Translations under genes and position numbers: made by a program | Shown: piece after piece, positions 11,634 through 22,132 of the stretch | How the letters are laid out: the number at the start of each line of letters is the position of its first letter | Position numbering within the stretch: the stretch's first letter is position 1 | NCBI GenBank assembly: GCA_040767965.1 | Contig: JAXGNR010000004.1 | Location: 160,001-224,000, forward strand | Direction: 5' to 3' | Source of the DNA: Atribacterota bacterium | GTDB taxonomy: Bacteria > Atribacterota > Phoenicimicrobiia > Phoenicimicrobiales > Stramentimicrobiaceae | DNA length: 64,000 nt | The notes under the pieces: generated by a model | What the model was told of the DNA's origin: nothing | What the model saw: only the letters and a program-made list of their open reading frames with translations | Database searches by the model: none

Positions 11634-11878
11634 GATAAATAAAAAAAGATTGCCAGTAATATTTATTTCAAGTAAATATTTATTGATTATAAATCACAAT
11701 TGTATTTATATATATTTATAAATTAAAAAAAATAAATACTACAATTTTACAATTATATTTTATACTTATAAGTTGAATTGTTTGATTATGTAATAAACAT
11801 TAAATCTTTTATCATTAAAATTAGTATTAAAATAAGAAGAAAGAGTTCAGGTTAATTATTGAACTTAAGAGATGAGTT

Positions 11879-13009
11879 ATGTATAGTATTATTCTGATTG
11901 TTACCTTAATATTAGTAAGCGGAATTATAGCTTATATAGGCGACCTAACCGGTTTTCGGATCGGGAAAAAGAAAATTAGTATATTTGGTTTACGTCCGCA
12001 CCGAACCGCAGTCTTCATTACAATTATTACTGGAATAGTAATTTCAATTCTGACTATTTCTATCTTGTCAATCCTGTCTAATGATGTTCGAACAGCTCTA
12101 TTCGGCTTAGACGAGTTGCGTGAAAGACAATATGAATTAACAAGAGAGATTCAAGCACGTAATAATGTATTATTGAAAACACAGGAAGAATTAACCGCAA
12201 CAACCGAAGATCTTGAAATGCTGGAAGAAGAATATGAAATTATGAGCAGACAGATTGATTTACAAACACAGCAATTGGAATCATTGATTGAGATAAGAGA
12301 GAAATTAACCCAGGAAAGGGATGGATTACAGGAAGAAATTGTTGAACTGGAAAGAATGATAGGGGCATTATATTCAGGTATAAACTGGCTCAGAAGCGGG
12401 GATATAATCCTAGATCAGGGAGAGGAAATTACAAAAACTATTATCCAGGGTGGTATCCTGAAAGAGGAAATTGAAAAAGAACTATTATATATTCTAAATC
12501 AAGCCACTATTAAGGTCCTGGAAATGGGTGCCGAACCAGATGAGAATAGTGGACAGGTTTTAATTGTTTCCCAAAAAGAGTTTGAAGATTTAGTCCAGAA
12601 AATTTATGAAAGTCAGGGAGAAATCATTGTTCGTTTGCTTGCTTCAATAAACGTCATAAGAGGAGAGGTTGTTCTTACAAACTTTGCTACTCTGGAAAAT
12701 AAATTAATATTCAGAGAAAATGAAGTAGTCTTTACAGAGGAAGTTCCCATTACTGACAATCCTTCTGAAGCTGAAGATATCATTTTTTCAATCTTGCGAA
12801 AAGTAAACCTGAAGGCAGTTCAAGAAGGTATTATGCCTGAAACAAGCACCAGCCTGGTTGGGACTATTACTGCAGTAAACCTTTTTGAAATGGTTAGAAA
12901 TATTGTGCAGGCGGAAAACACACTATTAATTAAGGTTATTGCTATTAATGATACATGGACCACAGGACCTTTCAGAGTTAGAATGGAAGCAGAAAAGGTA
13001 TTGCATTAA
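11879..13009 (+). CDS. DUF3084-like membrane-anchored coiled-coil protein
   Basis: IAYIGD..G.RIGKKKISIFGLRP.RTA N-terminus, then coiled-coil. Confidence 0.8.
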   Translation: MYSIILIVTLILVSGIIAYIGDLTGFRIGKKKISIFGLRPHRTAVFITIITGIVISILTISILSILSNDVRTALFGLDELRERQYELTREIQARNNVLLKTQEELTATTEDLEMLEEEYEIMSRQIDLQTQQLESLIEIREKLTQERDGLQEEIVELERMIGALYSGINWLRSGDIILDQGEEITKTIIQGGILKEEIEKELLYILNQATIKVLEMGAEPDENSGQVLIVSQKEFEDLVQKIYESQGEIIVRLLASINVIRGEVVLTNFATLENKLIFRENEVVFTEEVPITDNPSEAEDIIFSILRKVNLKAVQEGIMPETSTSLVGTITAVNLFEMVRNIVQAENTLLIKVIAINDTWTTGPFRVRMEAEKVLH

Positions 13010-13205
13010 AAATCATTAAATGAAATTCAATTCAATTTAAATATATATAATATTTAGACATTGAGATTGAATATGATAGAAAAACTATCTTTAAAAATTA
13101 AGAATAAAACCAGAATTAACAAAATGTTGAAAATCTGAACTGGAATATAAATTTAATAATAAATTATATAAAAACAGTTTTCCACACATTAATAGATAAA
13201 AATGC

Positions 13206-13235
13206 TTGACATTACTTAATTTTAGACTTTATAAT
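13206..13235 (+). promoter_or_regulatory. Consensus sigma70 promoter of the SLH-porin gene
   Basis: TTGACA (13206-13211) - 18 nt - TATAAT (13230-13235). Confidence 0.7.
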
Positions 13236-13513
13236 AATAAACAAATGTTCTTTGGTAATTTATTGCTGAAAAATATTTATTAATTAGAATAAAAAAGTTT
13301 TGTATCAATTTTCTGATTGAACAATTAAAGCGGGAAGAAAGGAGGCGAAAAAAGAATTGGTGCCTGCTTTATTTGTAAGAAAAAAGATACAAAAATCCAC
13401 TTAATTCTTTTTAGCACAAGTCGAAGAAATTGAGGGAACGAAGGATACTCAATTAAAATGGCTTTGTTTAAGGGAGTTAAGCTGGAAATATAAAAAATAC
13501 CAAGGAGTTAAAT

Positions 13514-15205
13514 ATGAAAAAACTAGTATTAGTATTAGTAGTCGTATTTGCTTTAGCTATCCCTGCTTTAGCAAATCCATTTGTTGACGTACCTTTAAAT
13601 CATTGGGCTTATGATGCAGTTCAAAGTCTGGCTGCAAAAGGTGTTATTGTTGGATATCCTGACGGAACCTTTGGCGGTCAAAGAACCTTAACCAGATATG
13701 AACTAGCAGAAGCATTAGCAAAAGCATTAGCTTATGTTGAGCAGTATGGTGGATTACAGGAAGATATAGAAATCCTCTCCAAACTGTCCGTAGAATTTGC
13801 TGATGAACTTGCTACCTTAGGCGTAAAAGTATCTGACCTTGAAGCTGCTCTTGGCGAACATAGCGAAGCTATCGATGCTATGAAAGCATTAGTAGACAAG
13901 CATGAGAAATTTTTTGAACCAGTTAAAATAACCGGAACCTGGAAAGCTGACTATAGCAAAGATGTCTTTGATATGTCTGGTGATCCTCTTGCCCCAGCAA
14001 CTTTAACTGATAGAGTAGATTTAAAATTTGCTGCTGAAATTAATCCGGAAACCACAGCCTCAGTACAATTAAGAATTGATAACGTTCTTAATGGTCCTGT
14101 AACAATTACCCCAAGAAAATACGACTTAAAATACGCAGGCGATTGGAATTTATGGGTTTCTAGCGATATTACCCCAGCCAGCATCGGATTAGGCCTACTT
14201 TATGACTTTGATGAACTGGAAGAATTTCCAGGCGTATGGGCACAGTGGGAATGGGATACCGATGAAGACTTAGGAACATGGACTGCATTTATGGACGTTG
14301 AAGATTTCTATTACTTGAATGTTGCCTTTGATCTGGGTGATGATGATGACATTCCAGTTGGTATTACAGCTGGTTATGACAACTTAACCGGTTTGGTCTT
14401 CGGTGGTGCAGATCTTTCCTTTGATTTAACAGATGAAGATGATGATGACCAAGTAGCTTTAGCTTTAGAAGGTGCAGTAGCTAGTGATCTGGCTGCAATA
14501 TCTTTCGGAGCAGCTGCTAAATTATCTGCAACTTTAGGTGAAGATGATGATATAGACTTGAAGGTAACCGGTTGGTACACTCAACCTGGATTTGACCTGA
14601 CCAATAGCAATTATAATCCTGATGAAATCGGTGTAACAGTTGCTCTCGGATTTATGCTGACAGACGATGAAGACGATTTACAGATCAAAGTTACCCCAAA
14701 ATGGGATTACAGAATGGATGCCGCTTTTGCTAACTTAAAGAGAAACAGAGTTGGCTTACAGTTAGACTTCAGCAATATCGATGAAGATAATGCTGATGAA
14801 GAAGCATACATTTTTGCTCAATACAGACTGGAAAGCGGAGACATTTACTTAGAAGGTCAATATCTGAACCTAGACTTTGGTGATGATAATGAATTTGTTG
14901 TTAATGCATACGGAGATTATTTAATCTCTGCAACCCCAGACTTCACTGCAATGGCTAACATGATTTACACCTTCCCAGATGATCCAATGCAGTTAATTGT
15001 TGAAGGTCGTTTGGATGCTGATGGTGCTGCCCTTTACAGTGCAGAAGCCCAGTTAAAATACGACGTAGCTGACAATACTACTTTAAAGGTCGGAGTTGAA
15101 ATGAATGATTGGGATGCTGACATTAATGACTGGTCAGATGATGACGAATGGGTCATTCTTAGCGACACAACCAAGGTTTATGCTGGTGTTGAAGTGAAAT
15201 TCTAA
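13514..15205 (+). CDS. SLH domain + coiled-coil + beta-barrel porin (OmpM/Omp-alpha-like outer membrane tether)
   Basis: FVDVPLNHWAY...GYPDGTF...LTRYE SLH motif, coiled-coil, beta-strand-rich remainder, C-terminal YAGVEVKF. Confidence 0.85.
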   Translation: MKKLVLVLVVVFALAIPALANPFVDVPLNHWAYDAVQSLAAKGVIVGYPDGTFGGQRTLTRYELAEALAKALAYVEQYGGLQEDIEILSKLSVEFADELATLGVKVSDLEAALGEHSEAIDAMKALVDKHEKFFEPVKITGTWKADYSKDVFDMSGDPLAPATLTDRVDLKFAAEINPETTASVQLRIDNVLNGPVTITPRKYDLKYAGDWNLWVSSDITPASIGLGLLYDFDELEEFPGVWAQWEWDTDEDLGTWTAFMDVEDFYYLNVAFDLGDDDDIPVGITAGYDNLTGLVFGGADLSFDLTDEDDDDQVALALEGAVASDLAAISFGAAAKLSATLGEDDDIDLKVTGWYTQPGFDLTNSNYNPDEIGVTVALGFMLTDDEDDLQIKVTPKWDYRMDAAFANLKRNRVGLQLDFSNIDEDNADEEAYIFAQYRLESGDIYLEGQYLNLDFGDDNEFVVNAYGDYLISATPDFTAMANMIYTFPDDPMQLIVEGRLDADGAALYSAEAQLKYDVADNTTLKVGVEMNDWDADINDWSDDDEWVILSDTTKVYAGVEVKF

Positions 15206-15233
15206 TTATCAACAAGCATAATTCTTATTAGCT

Positions 15234-15272
15234 AAAAAAGCCCCTGGAAATTCCAGGGGCTTTTTTCTTTTT
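15234..15272 (+). terminator. Rho-independent terminator
   Basis: AAAAAAGCCCCTGGAA-A-TTCCAGGGGCTTTTTT. Confidence 0.9.
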
Positions 15273-15439
15273 GGCAGTTTTTGAAAAAGGAACAAGATAA
15301 ATATTAATATTTTTAGTTTTACCCTGTTAATGGATGAAAAAGAGTGTAAATAAATTAGCAATTATATTATAATGTAAAGTAATAGAGTGGTTTATTAAAT
15401 TAATATACTAACATCTAAATACAAAAAAGAGGTGAAAAA

Positions 15440-16372
15440 ATGTTTTATAAAAAGGAATTATCAATATTTTTTATATTTATTTTTACTTTATCAATATTCC
15501 TACCACAATTTGCTTTTGCTCAGACAACTTCTGAAATTACAATTATTTCAGATCTCTCTCAGATTGAAATGCAGGTGTTTGGAGAAGTAAAGACAGAATC
15601 AATATTAAGCAGGGTGGAATATTTAGAAAAAGAAATGGTTGGCAGAACATTGCCAGGAATTATCAAGGATAGAGTAAAGCAGCTAAAAGACTTTATATTG
15701 ACTGGCACTCCTGAAGAGCCATCTTTGGCTTTTAAGATTAATTCAGTCCAATTGAGTTTAATGGACAGTGTTACAGAAGATCCTCTTTTGGCTAAAATAG
15801 AAGAGCTGGAAATAAATATTTTTGGTGAGGTATCTGATGATGTGCTGGCAATGCGGGCAGAGAAAATATTTAATGTTATTTTTGAAGATGGAAGACCATC
15901 TACAACAGAATTGACAATTCCGGCAGGGACTTTAGTCCCGGTTGTTTTGATGGATGATATTGGATCTAAAAAAAGTGATGATGGTGATATTTTTGAATAT
16001 CAAATAGCTGAAGATGTTATTTATTCGGGTATAAATTTAATACCAAAAGGCACCACAGGAAAAGGCGAAGTTCTCAAAGCAAGAAAAGCCTCAGTATTTT
16101 TGAGAAAAGGCAAACTAGAATTAGATTTTAGGTTCATTGAAGCAATAGACAACACTCCTTTACGTTTGGTCATGGGTGAAAAAGCAGAAGCAGAAAATTC
16201 AAGAATAGGTTTAGCTTTTGGGGCTAGTATTGCTGGCTTAATTATCCTTAGCAATCCCATTGGACTGGTAGCTGGTGCTTTAATTCCTGGAAAGAACATC
16301 ACTTTAGAAGAAGGAACAAAAATCTTTTTGGAAGTTGCCGGAGATACAAAAATATCCACTCTAGCCTATTAA
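15440..16372 (+). CDS. Secreted conserved hypothetical protein (helical repeats + beta-rich C-terminal domain)
   Basis: Signal peptide AFA-Q; repeated (L/I)E...G......R...L units; IPAGT/IPKGT motifs. Confidence 0.6.
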   Translation: MFYKKELSIFFIFIFTLSIFLPQFAFAQTTSEITIISDLSQIEMQVFGEVKTESILSRVEYLEKEMVGRTLPGIIKDRVKQLKDFILTGTPEEPSLAFKINSVQLSLMDSVTEDPLLAKIEELEINIFGEVSDDVLAMRAEKIFNVIFEDGRPSTTELTIPAGTLVPVVLMDDIGSKKSDDGDIFEYQIAEDVIYSGINLIPKGTTGKGEVLKARKASVFLRKGKLELDFRFIEAIDNTPLRLVMGEKAEAENSRIGLAFGASIAGLIILSNPIGLVAGALIPGKNITLEEGTKIFLEVAGDTKISTLAY

Positions 16373-16374
16373 CT

Positions 16375-16401
16375 TTGTCACGGGGACGGTTCTTTTGACA
16401 A
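16375..16401 (+). repeat. REP-like 27-bp element, family A copy 1
   Basis: TTGTCACGGGGACGGTTCTTTTGACAA, identical to the core of the transposase-flanking repeats. Confidence 0.92.
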
Positions 16402-16546
16402 TATTATTTAGTTATTTATAGTTATACAGTATCTGTTTAAGAAAAAAGATTATAAAATTATTAACACAATTATCTATCACTAATTGTTAATTAAGTAAGA
16501 ATAAATATTAACAAGATATAGGTCTATAGCTTATAGATAGCAGAGC

Positions 16547-16590
16547 AAACAAAAAAGAGCAGAATGTTTTCATTCTGCTCTTTTTTGTTT
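16547..16590. terminator. Bidirectional terminator between convergent genes
   Basis: AAACAAAAAAGAGCAGAATG-TTTT-CATTCTGCTCTTTTTTGTTT, 20-bp stem. Confidence 0.85.
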
Positions 16591-16669
16591 TTAACTATAA
16601 CTTATAGAATTTTATTTATTATTTTACTATTTCAATAAAAATATATTTATATTTCTAAAACATCTACAT

Positions 16670-17233
16670 TTAGGGGTACAAGTACACATAATTTGAGCCT
16701 GAAGAAATATTTTTTGTCTCACTGTCATAACCCAAAGAGGCACCTAATACATCAATTGCCTCAAAAAAATGACTACCAGTGGAAACATTTGCAATTGTAT
16801 AAGTACCATCTGTTACATTGGTGAATTCTGTAAATCCATCCATTTTAATATCATACTCATAAGAGCCGCTTACAACAACATAAACTGTTCCAGTGACAGT
16901 AGTGGGAACAGGATCTAAATATACATTGTTAGTCCCGGTGTTGATATAAACTCTTGTACTGTCATAACCATAAGATTCTCCATCTATATCAATTGCTTCA
17001 ATGGTCCGATATCCGGTTGGGATATCCGGTATTGTATAAGTGCCTGGTGCTTTATTGGAAAGCTTGGTTACTCCATCAATTTTTATATCATAATAATAAC
17101 TGCCGGTTATAGTAACTCTTACAGTACCTGTGTTTCCAGGTACTACAATATCAACACAACCTGTTAGAGCAATTGTTAACAAGAAAAAAGTTAGAATTAC
17201 CAGGGTTGTTTTAAGAAAATATTTTTTAATCAT
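16670..17233 (-). CDS. Lipoprotein with two tandem PEGA-like beta domains
   Basis: Lipobox LTGC; two ~72-aa repeats TGTV.V...GSY.YDIK.DG...GTYTI...EAID..G.S.GYDS...VYL.P. Confidence 0.75.
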   Translation of the reverse strand: MIKKYFLKTTLVILTFFLLTIALTGCVDIVVPGNTGTVRVTITGSYYYDIKIDGVTKLSNKAPGTYTIPDIPTGYRTIEAIDIDGESYGYDSTRVYINTGTNNVYLDPVPTTVTGTVYVVVSGSYEYDIKMDGFTEFTNVTDGTYTIANVSTGSHFFEAIDVLGASLGYDSETKNISSGSNYVYLYP

Positions 17234-17392
17234 TTATTTACTCCCTTCTTTTTTAATTAAATCATAGTATCTATTGTAATTATAAAGTAAATAAGAAAAA
17301 TCTACAAATAGAATAAAGAAATTAAACAACACCTCTTACATAGACACCCTTAAGAATTGGATTATCAACAATTAAAAATTCAGCCTTCATTT

Positions 17393-19147
17393 TTAATATT
17401 CAAAAATAGTAAAACTGGAGTTCAAAGGAAATATTTGTACATTTTGATTTACCCTCATTGCAGCTACCCACTGAGCAATATAGTTATAGGCTTCATTTAA
17501 ATTTATTTTATTATCTGCATTTGTATCTGCTGGGAAATTATTTTTTAATCCACAACCTTCATACAATGCTTGTGTAAAAACTCCAAAAGGTTCAACATTT
17601 GGCGGGTACAATTCATAACTTGACTGATACCAGTGACTGGATGTAAGGACCTGATATTCACTGGAAGTAAGCAAGTCTTTAGTTATTATTTTGTCAGAAA
17701 ATGAATTAATAATTGATTCATTAAAATTGGATAAAAAGTCTTCTTCTGAAATAAGGTTAATATTGGTTTCATTACTAGAAATATCTTTCCCGATAAAACC
17801 TCCGGAATGACAGGAATCAATAAGCACAACTTTTGTTCCCGGAATAGCACTAAGAGCAGACTCTAATTCATCTACGCTAATCCCGGTAGAGATGTTACCA
17901 TTAAAATCAGCGGGGCATAAGTAAGAAGTTTGATTTAGTGAAGCTCCATGGCCGCTGAAATAAAAATAAGAAACATCATCATTGGTAGCATCGGAAAAGG
18001 TGGTTTGAATTCTCTGAAGGATGTTGCTCTTGGTTGCCTGGGTATTTTTCAATTCACTGATTTTGGAAAAACCAGTATTGTTAAGTCCAAATTGACAATC
18101 ATTAAATATTTCTTTCATTTTATTAACATCATATGGCGGTGCAATAAGGTCACCTTCTTCTCCATAGTAAATATAATCCCCGATTCCAATTGCTAAAGCT
18201 CTATATACTGATTTTGCTGAAATTGGAGCATCTGTTACCGTAACTGAGATAGTATCATTTTTTACTATCCCATTATCTTCAAGTGTAATTGTAATTATCG
18301 AATTTCCCACAGAAATCCCGGTAATTAAACCAGAATTATTTATGGAAACATTAGAATTATTTGTATTGAAGTTGCAAAGTTCAGGATTTATATTAATTTC
18401 ATTTCCACTATCATAATATGCAGTAATAGAAGAAATATTTTGTGATTCTCCAACCGCTAATGACATTACAGAAGGCGTTACGGAAATTCCGGTTAAACTT
18501 CCCAGCTCTACAGGTGTCCCATAGACATTCACTAAAATACTGTCACTTTTTGTAATATTATTTTCTGTATAAATTGCCCAAATTGTTGTTTCTCCTTCAT
18601 TAATGCCAGTAATTATACCTGCTGGAGAGACATTAGCAACCTCCTTATTTATGCTTAAAAGAGTGCATTCAGGATATGAAAGATCTCTGTTTGTTCCATC
18701 AGAATAAAAAGCTTTAATAGAAATTATATTGAAAATTTGGCCAGAGAATAAATTAATTGATTCAGGGTTAATTTTTATTGATGTAAGGTAACTAGATATT
18801 GGCGGATAACTATTAGGAGTGAGTTCTACATCAAGCATATTTAGTTGATCAGGAAGTATTTGGATAATATTATTACTGCTTAAATAGCCATTTAGCTTTA
18901 AGGTTATTAAGCTACCACCAACAATATTTTCTAATGTATATGGAGTTACAAAGCCAGTATATGTACCATCAAGATATATTGAAGCACCAACTGGATTAGA
19001 AGTAATTTGAAGATTACCATAAGAATAGTCAGGGTTAGTAGGTAATACACTGCATCCCATTAATATACTAAACAATAAAATTGTAACAATTAAATAGAAT
19101 ATTAGTACTATTTTATCTTTTGAATGATAATTAATTAACATTGCCAT
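17393..19147 (-). CDS. Lipoprotein: PEGA + two Ig-like domains + caspase-like (C14, metacaspase) protease
   Basis: Lipobox LMGC; ITSNPVGASIYLDG PEGA; ALAIGIGDY, YFSGHG (His), IDSCHSGG (Cys). Confidence 0.88.
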   Translation of the reverse strand: MAMLINYHSKDKIVLIFYLIVTILLFSILMGCSVLPTNPDYSYGNLQITSNPVGASIYLDGTYTGFVTPYTLENIVGGSLITLKLNGYLSSNNIIQILPDQLNMLDVELTPNSYPPISSYLTSIKINPESINLFSGQIFNIISIKAFYSDGTNRDLSYPECTLLSINKEVANVSPAGIITGINEGETTIWAIYTENNITKSDSILVNVYGTPVELGSLTGISVTPSVMSLAVGESQNISSITAYYDSGNEININPELCNFNTNNSNVSINNSGLITGISVGNSIITITLEDNGIVKNDTISVTVTDAPISAKSVYRALAIGIGDYIYYGEEGDLIAPPYDVNKMKEIFNDCQFGLNNTGFSKISELKNTQATKSNILQRIQTTFSDATNDDVSYFYFSGHGASLNQTSYLCPADFNGNISTGISVDELESALSAIPGTKVVLIDSCHSGGFIGKDISSNETNINLISEEDFLSNFNESIINSFSDKIITKDLLTSSEYQVLTSSHWYQSSYELYPPNVEPFGVFTQALYEGCGLKNNFPADTNADNKINLNEAYNYIAQWVAAMRVNQNVQIFPLNSSFTIFEY

Positions 19148-19229
19148 TAGGAACCTTTCTTAAACATAAACTTTAATTAGATTTCTCAATATAACTAATA
19201 TAATACATTTTTTATACAATCTACAGGAT

Positions 19230-19290
19230 TTAATATAAAAAAGAAGAGTTTTCACTTCTATAATTGATAAACTCTTCTTTTTTATATTAA
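19230..19290. terminator. 22-bp perfect inverted repeat, probable terminator of the 19379-19714 gene
   Basis: TTAATATAAAAAAGAAGAGTTT ... AAACTCTTCTTTTTTATATTAA. Confidence 0.7.
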
Positions 19291-19378
19291 GTAAATCGGC
19301 ATAATCTTTTATTAATATTGAGAATAATTATAAAATACAAAAATAATATAAATATATTTATATTATTTTATAAAAATC

Positions 19379-19714
19379 TTACCAAAACCAAGTAAAGTTA
19401 AGGATGTTATTACCTGGATTCAAACTAACATATTCAATATGGCTATGATTTCCAAATTCATCTACAATTTGAACGCTAGCAACAGTTCCGGGAGTAAGTC
19501 CTGTTACTGTGACAGAACCGTTGTAATCGATATATTTACCTGTAGAGAATCCATTTACCCAAATATAGCCCCAACAATCAAAACAAGAAGAATACACCGT
19601 TAATGTGGCAGTAGGTGTTGGGGTAGGTGTTGGGGTAGGAACTGAGGCTGCACACCCTGTTAGTAGAACTAAAATACTTAAAATTGCGATAATAAAAACA
19701 ATATTTTTTTTCAT
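19379..19714 (-). CDS. Small lipoprotein, PT-repeat linker + PEGA-like domain
   Basis: Lipobox LTGC, PTPTPTPTPT, GYIWVNG. Confidence 0.7.
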   Translation of the reverse strand: MKKNIVFIIAILSILVLLTGCAASVPTPTPTPTPTATLTVYSSCFDCWGYIWVNGFSTGKYIDYNGSVTVTGLTPGTVASVQIVDEFGNHSHIEYVSLNPGNNILNFTWFW

Positions 19715-19972
19715 ATAATAAATACCTCTTTCTTTATTTAAGATAAATCTAGACAGATCTATTTTGAGAAATAAGCAAACTAAGATAAATTTTTTAAAAA
19801 TACATTCCTAATAAAGAGTTTTATAATTGTTTAAAATTAACCAACTTATTTTAAACAAATGATAAGCGTATAATTATTTTCAGGCAACCCTCCTCTCATA
19901 AATGGATTAAAAGAATTTGCAAGATAAAAATTTAATTATAAATGAACATAAATATAATAGAAAATTGATTGC

Positions 19973-20293
19973 TTAATAGGTAGAAATGTTAACTCTATTA
20001 TAACCACTAGTTATGGTTTGCCATTTATCCCCATAACGATTTAAAAATGAAGTATCTTGTGCTTCAAAGTGATGATAACCTGCACTTACATTATGAAGAA
20101 TTAATTTGCCGGTGTTGTCAGTTGTGCCTTGAAATGAACCATCGACATAAATATCATATTTCCAATTATCGTTTGTTATATTGATCTCTACAATCGGATT
20201 ACCTACGTAAATAACACAACCATTGAGGAAGATGACTAAAACAAGAGTGAGCAATACTGCAGAAAAAACTTTCAATAAAAGATTCTTTTTCAT
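19973..20293 (-). CDS. Small PEGA-like lipoprotein
   Basis: Lipobox LNGC, YDIYVDG...G.TD..G. Confidence 0.7.
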   Translation of the reverse strand: MKKNLLLKVFSAVLLTLVLVIFLNGCVIYVGNPIVEINITNDNWKYDIYVDGSFQGTTDNTGKLILHNVSAGYHHFEAQDTSFLNRYGDKWQTITSGYNRVNISTY

Positions 20294-20626
20294 TTTTTCT
20301 ACTCCATTAATATTTATAAAAATATTAGAAAATGAAAATTTTGTTTAATTAATTATATTTTATTAAATAAAAATATACAATAAAAATATATAAAAAAAGT
20401 TAATTATCAGAAGGATTTTTAACATTTATTAGACATCCGAAGATTGATTTGGTTTTTATTAAAAAATGACAGGATTGGAAAAATATTTTATTATGCTTGT
20501 ATTTTAGATAAACCTATAAAAATAAACTAAATAATGGTAAAATACAAATATTGCAAAACAAAATTGGCAAAATATTATAAACGTTTAATGAATATTGTTA
20601 AATTTACAAGGAAAATAGGATGATTT

Positions 20627-21889
20627 ATGATAAATAATAAATTGATAAAAATATTTTTATTAGTATTTATTGCTACCTTGTTGTCTACTTTTTTAAATGG
20701 TTGTCAGATAACTCCCCCTATTGCCGAAAAAGCTGAATGGACAGTGATGGTTTATCTAGCTGCCGGAAATAATTTAGAATCTGTCGGTATTCAAGATATA
20801 AATGAAATGGAATTAATTGGATCTAATAAAGATGTTAATATTATAGTACAGCTGGACAGGATTCCGTTTCATGTTTTGGATCAATATGGAATGGGAGACG
20901 CAGATGATGCATCTAATAACAATTGGACTGGCACCAGGAGATATTATGTTACCAAAGATATAAATCCTGAAATTATCAGATCAAACTTGATTATGGATCT
21001 TGGAGAAAAAAATATGGGAGACCCGGAGACTTTAAACGATTTTGCTTTATGGGCAATGCAAAATTACCCTGCAAAACGTTACTTGCTGGTACTTTGGAAT
21101 CATGGCGGAGGGTTTCGATCAATAGACACCAGTTCCAGTAGAGATATCTGCTGGGATTGGAATTTTGGATTTAATAACAGAATTACCATGCCTCAGTTAA
21201 AAGAATCGTTATCGTTTATTTCAGGCCAGATGGGTAAAAAGATAGATATTGTAGGAATGGATGCCTGCTATATGGGCATGGTAGAAGTTGCTTACCAAAT
21301 AAAAGATTATTCTGATATAGTAGTTTTTTCTGAAGCCTCTGTTCCTGGTGATGGATGGCAATATGACTGTATATTGGAAGGTTTGGTTAATTATCCTCTG
21401 CAGAAAACAAATGATTTTGCTTCATCAATAGTAGATAGCTTTCAAAAACAATATTCTGGCTCAGGTAGAAATGTCACCATATCTGCTGTTGATTTAAGTA
21501 AAATAGATAATTTAGCAGACAATATTTCCAATCTGGCTAATGCCATAATAAGTGATAATAAAACTTTGAAAGAAAACTATCGTGCTGCTGCCAGAAATAC
21601 CCAGAATTATACTGGTGTTGGTTTTGAATATATCGATTTAAAAGATTTTACGAGTAATTTGCCTGACTATACTTCTAATTCATCAGTACTGATTTATGCT
21701 AACCAAATTAAACAATATCTAGAAGACGGTAATATCATTATTAATAATACTTTCAGTGGAAGCAGTGTTAGGAATTCATATGGACTTTCGATCTATTTTC
21801 CTTATTATAGCTATGATAACTATTATAATAACTTAATTTTTACACAGGATTTTCTTTGGGATGAAATGTTAACCCATTTGGGATATTAG
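20627..21889 (+). CDS. Clostripain-family (C11) cysteine peptidase lipoprotein
   Basis: Lipobox LNGC; WTVMVYL, DINEME, LWNHGGG (His), MDACYMG (Cys), GLSIYFP. Confidence 0.92.
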   Translation: MINNKLIKIFLLVFIATLLSTFLNGCQITPPIAEKAEWTVMVYLAAGNNLESVGIQDINEMELIGSNKDVNIIVQLDRIPFHVLDQYGMGDADDASNNNWTGTRRYYVTKDINPEIIRSNLIMDLGEKNMGDPETLNDFALWAMQNYPAKRYLLVLWNHGGGFRSIDTSSSRDICWDWNFGFNNRITMPQLKESLSFISGQMGKKIDIVGMDACYMGMVEVAYQIKDYSDIVVFSEASVPGDGWQYDCILEGLVNYPLQKTNDFASSIVDSFQKQYSGSGRNVTISAVDLSKIDNLADNISNLANAIISDNKTLKENYRAAARNTQNYTGVGFEYIDLKDFTSNLPDYTSNSSVLIYANQIKQYLEDGNIIINNTFSGSSVRNSYGLSIYFPYYSYDNYYNNLIFTQDFLWDEMLTHLGY

Positions 21890-22132
21890 GGCATACCAAA
21901 TCAAAAAATATGATGAAGTTATTATGAAATATTGAAATATAAAATATTACAAGAAAATATAAAAAGAGCCAGACCTGTATTAGAAGTAAAAAAATAAAAA
22001 ATAATAAAGTAAAAAAATTATTTTAAATTAATATTAGGTAGATAATTTAATTAACCTAAAAACCTAAAAAAGGATTAATCAGTAGAAAATTTTTAACTGT
22101 TTTCTACATAATTTTCTACATAAATAAATAAA

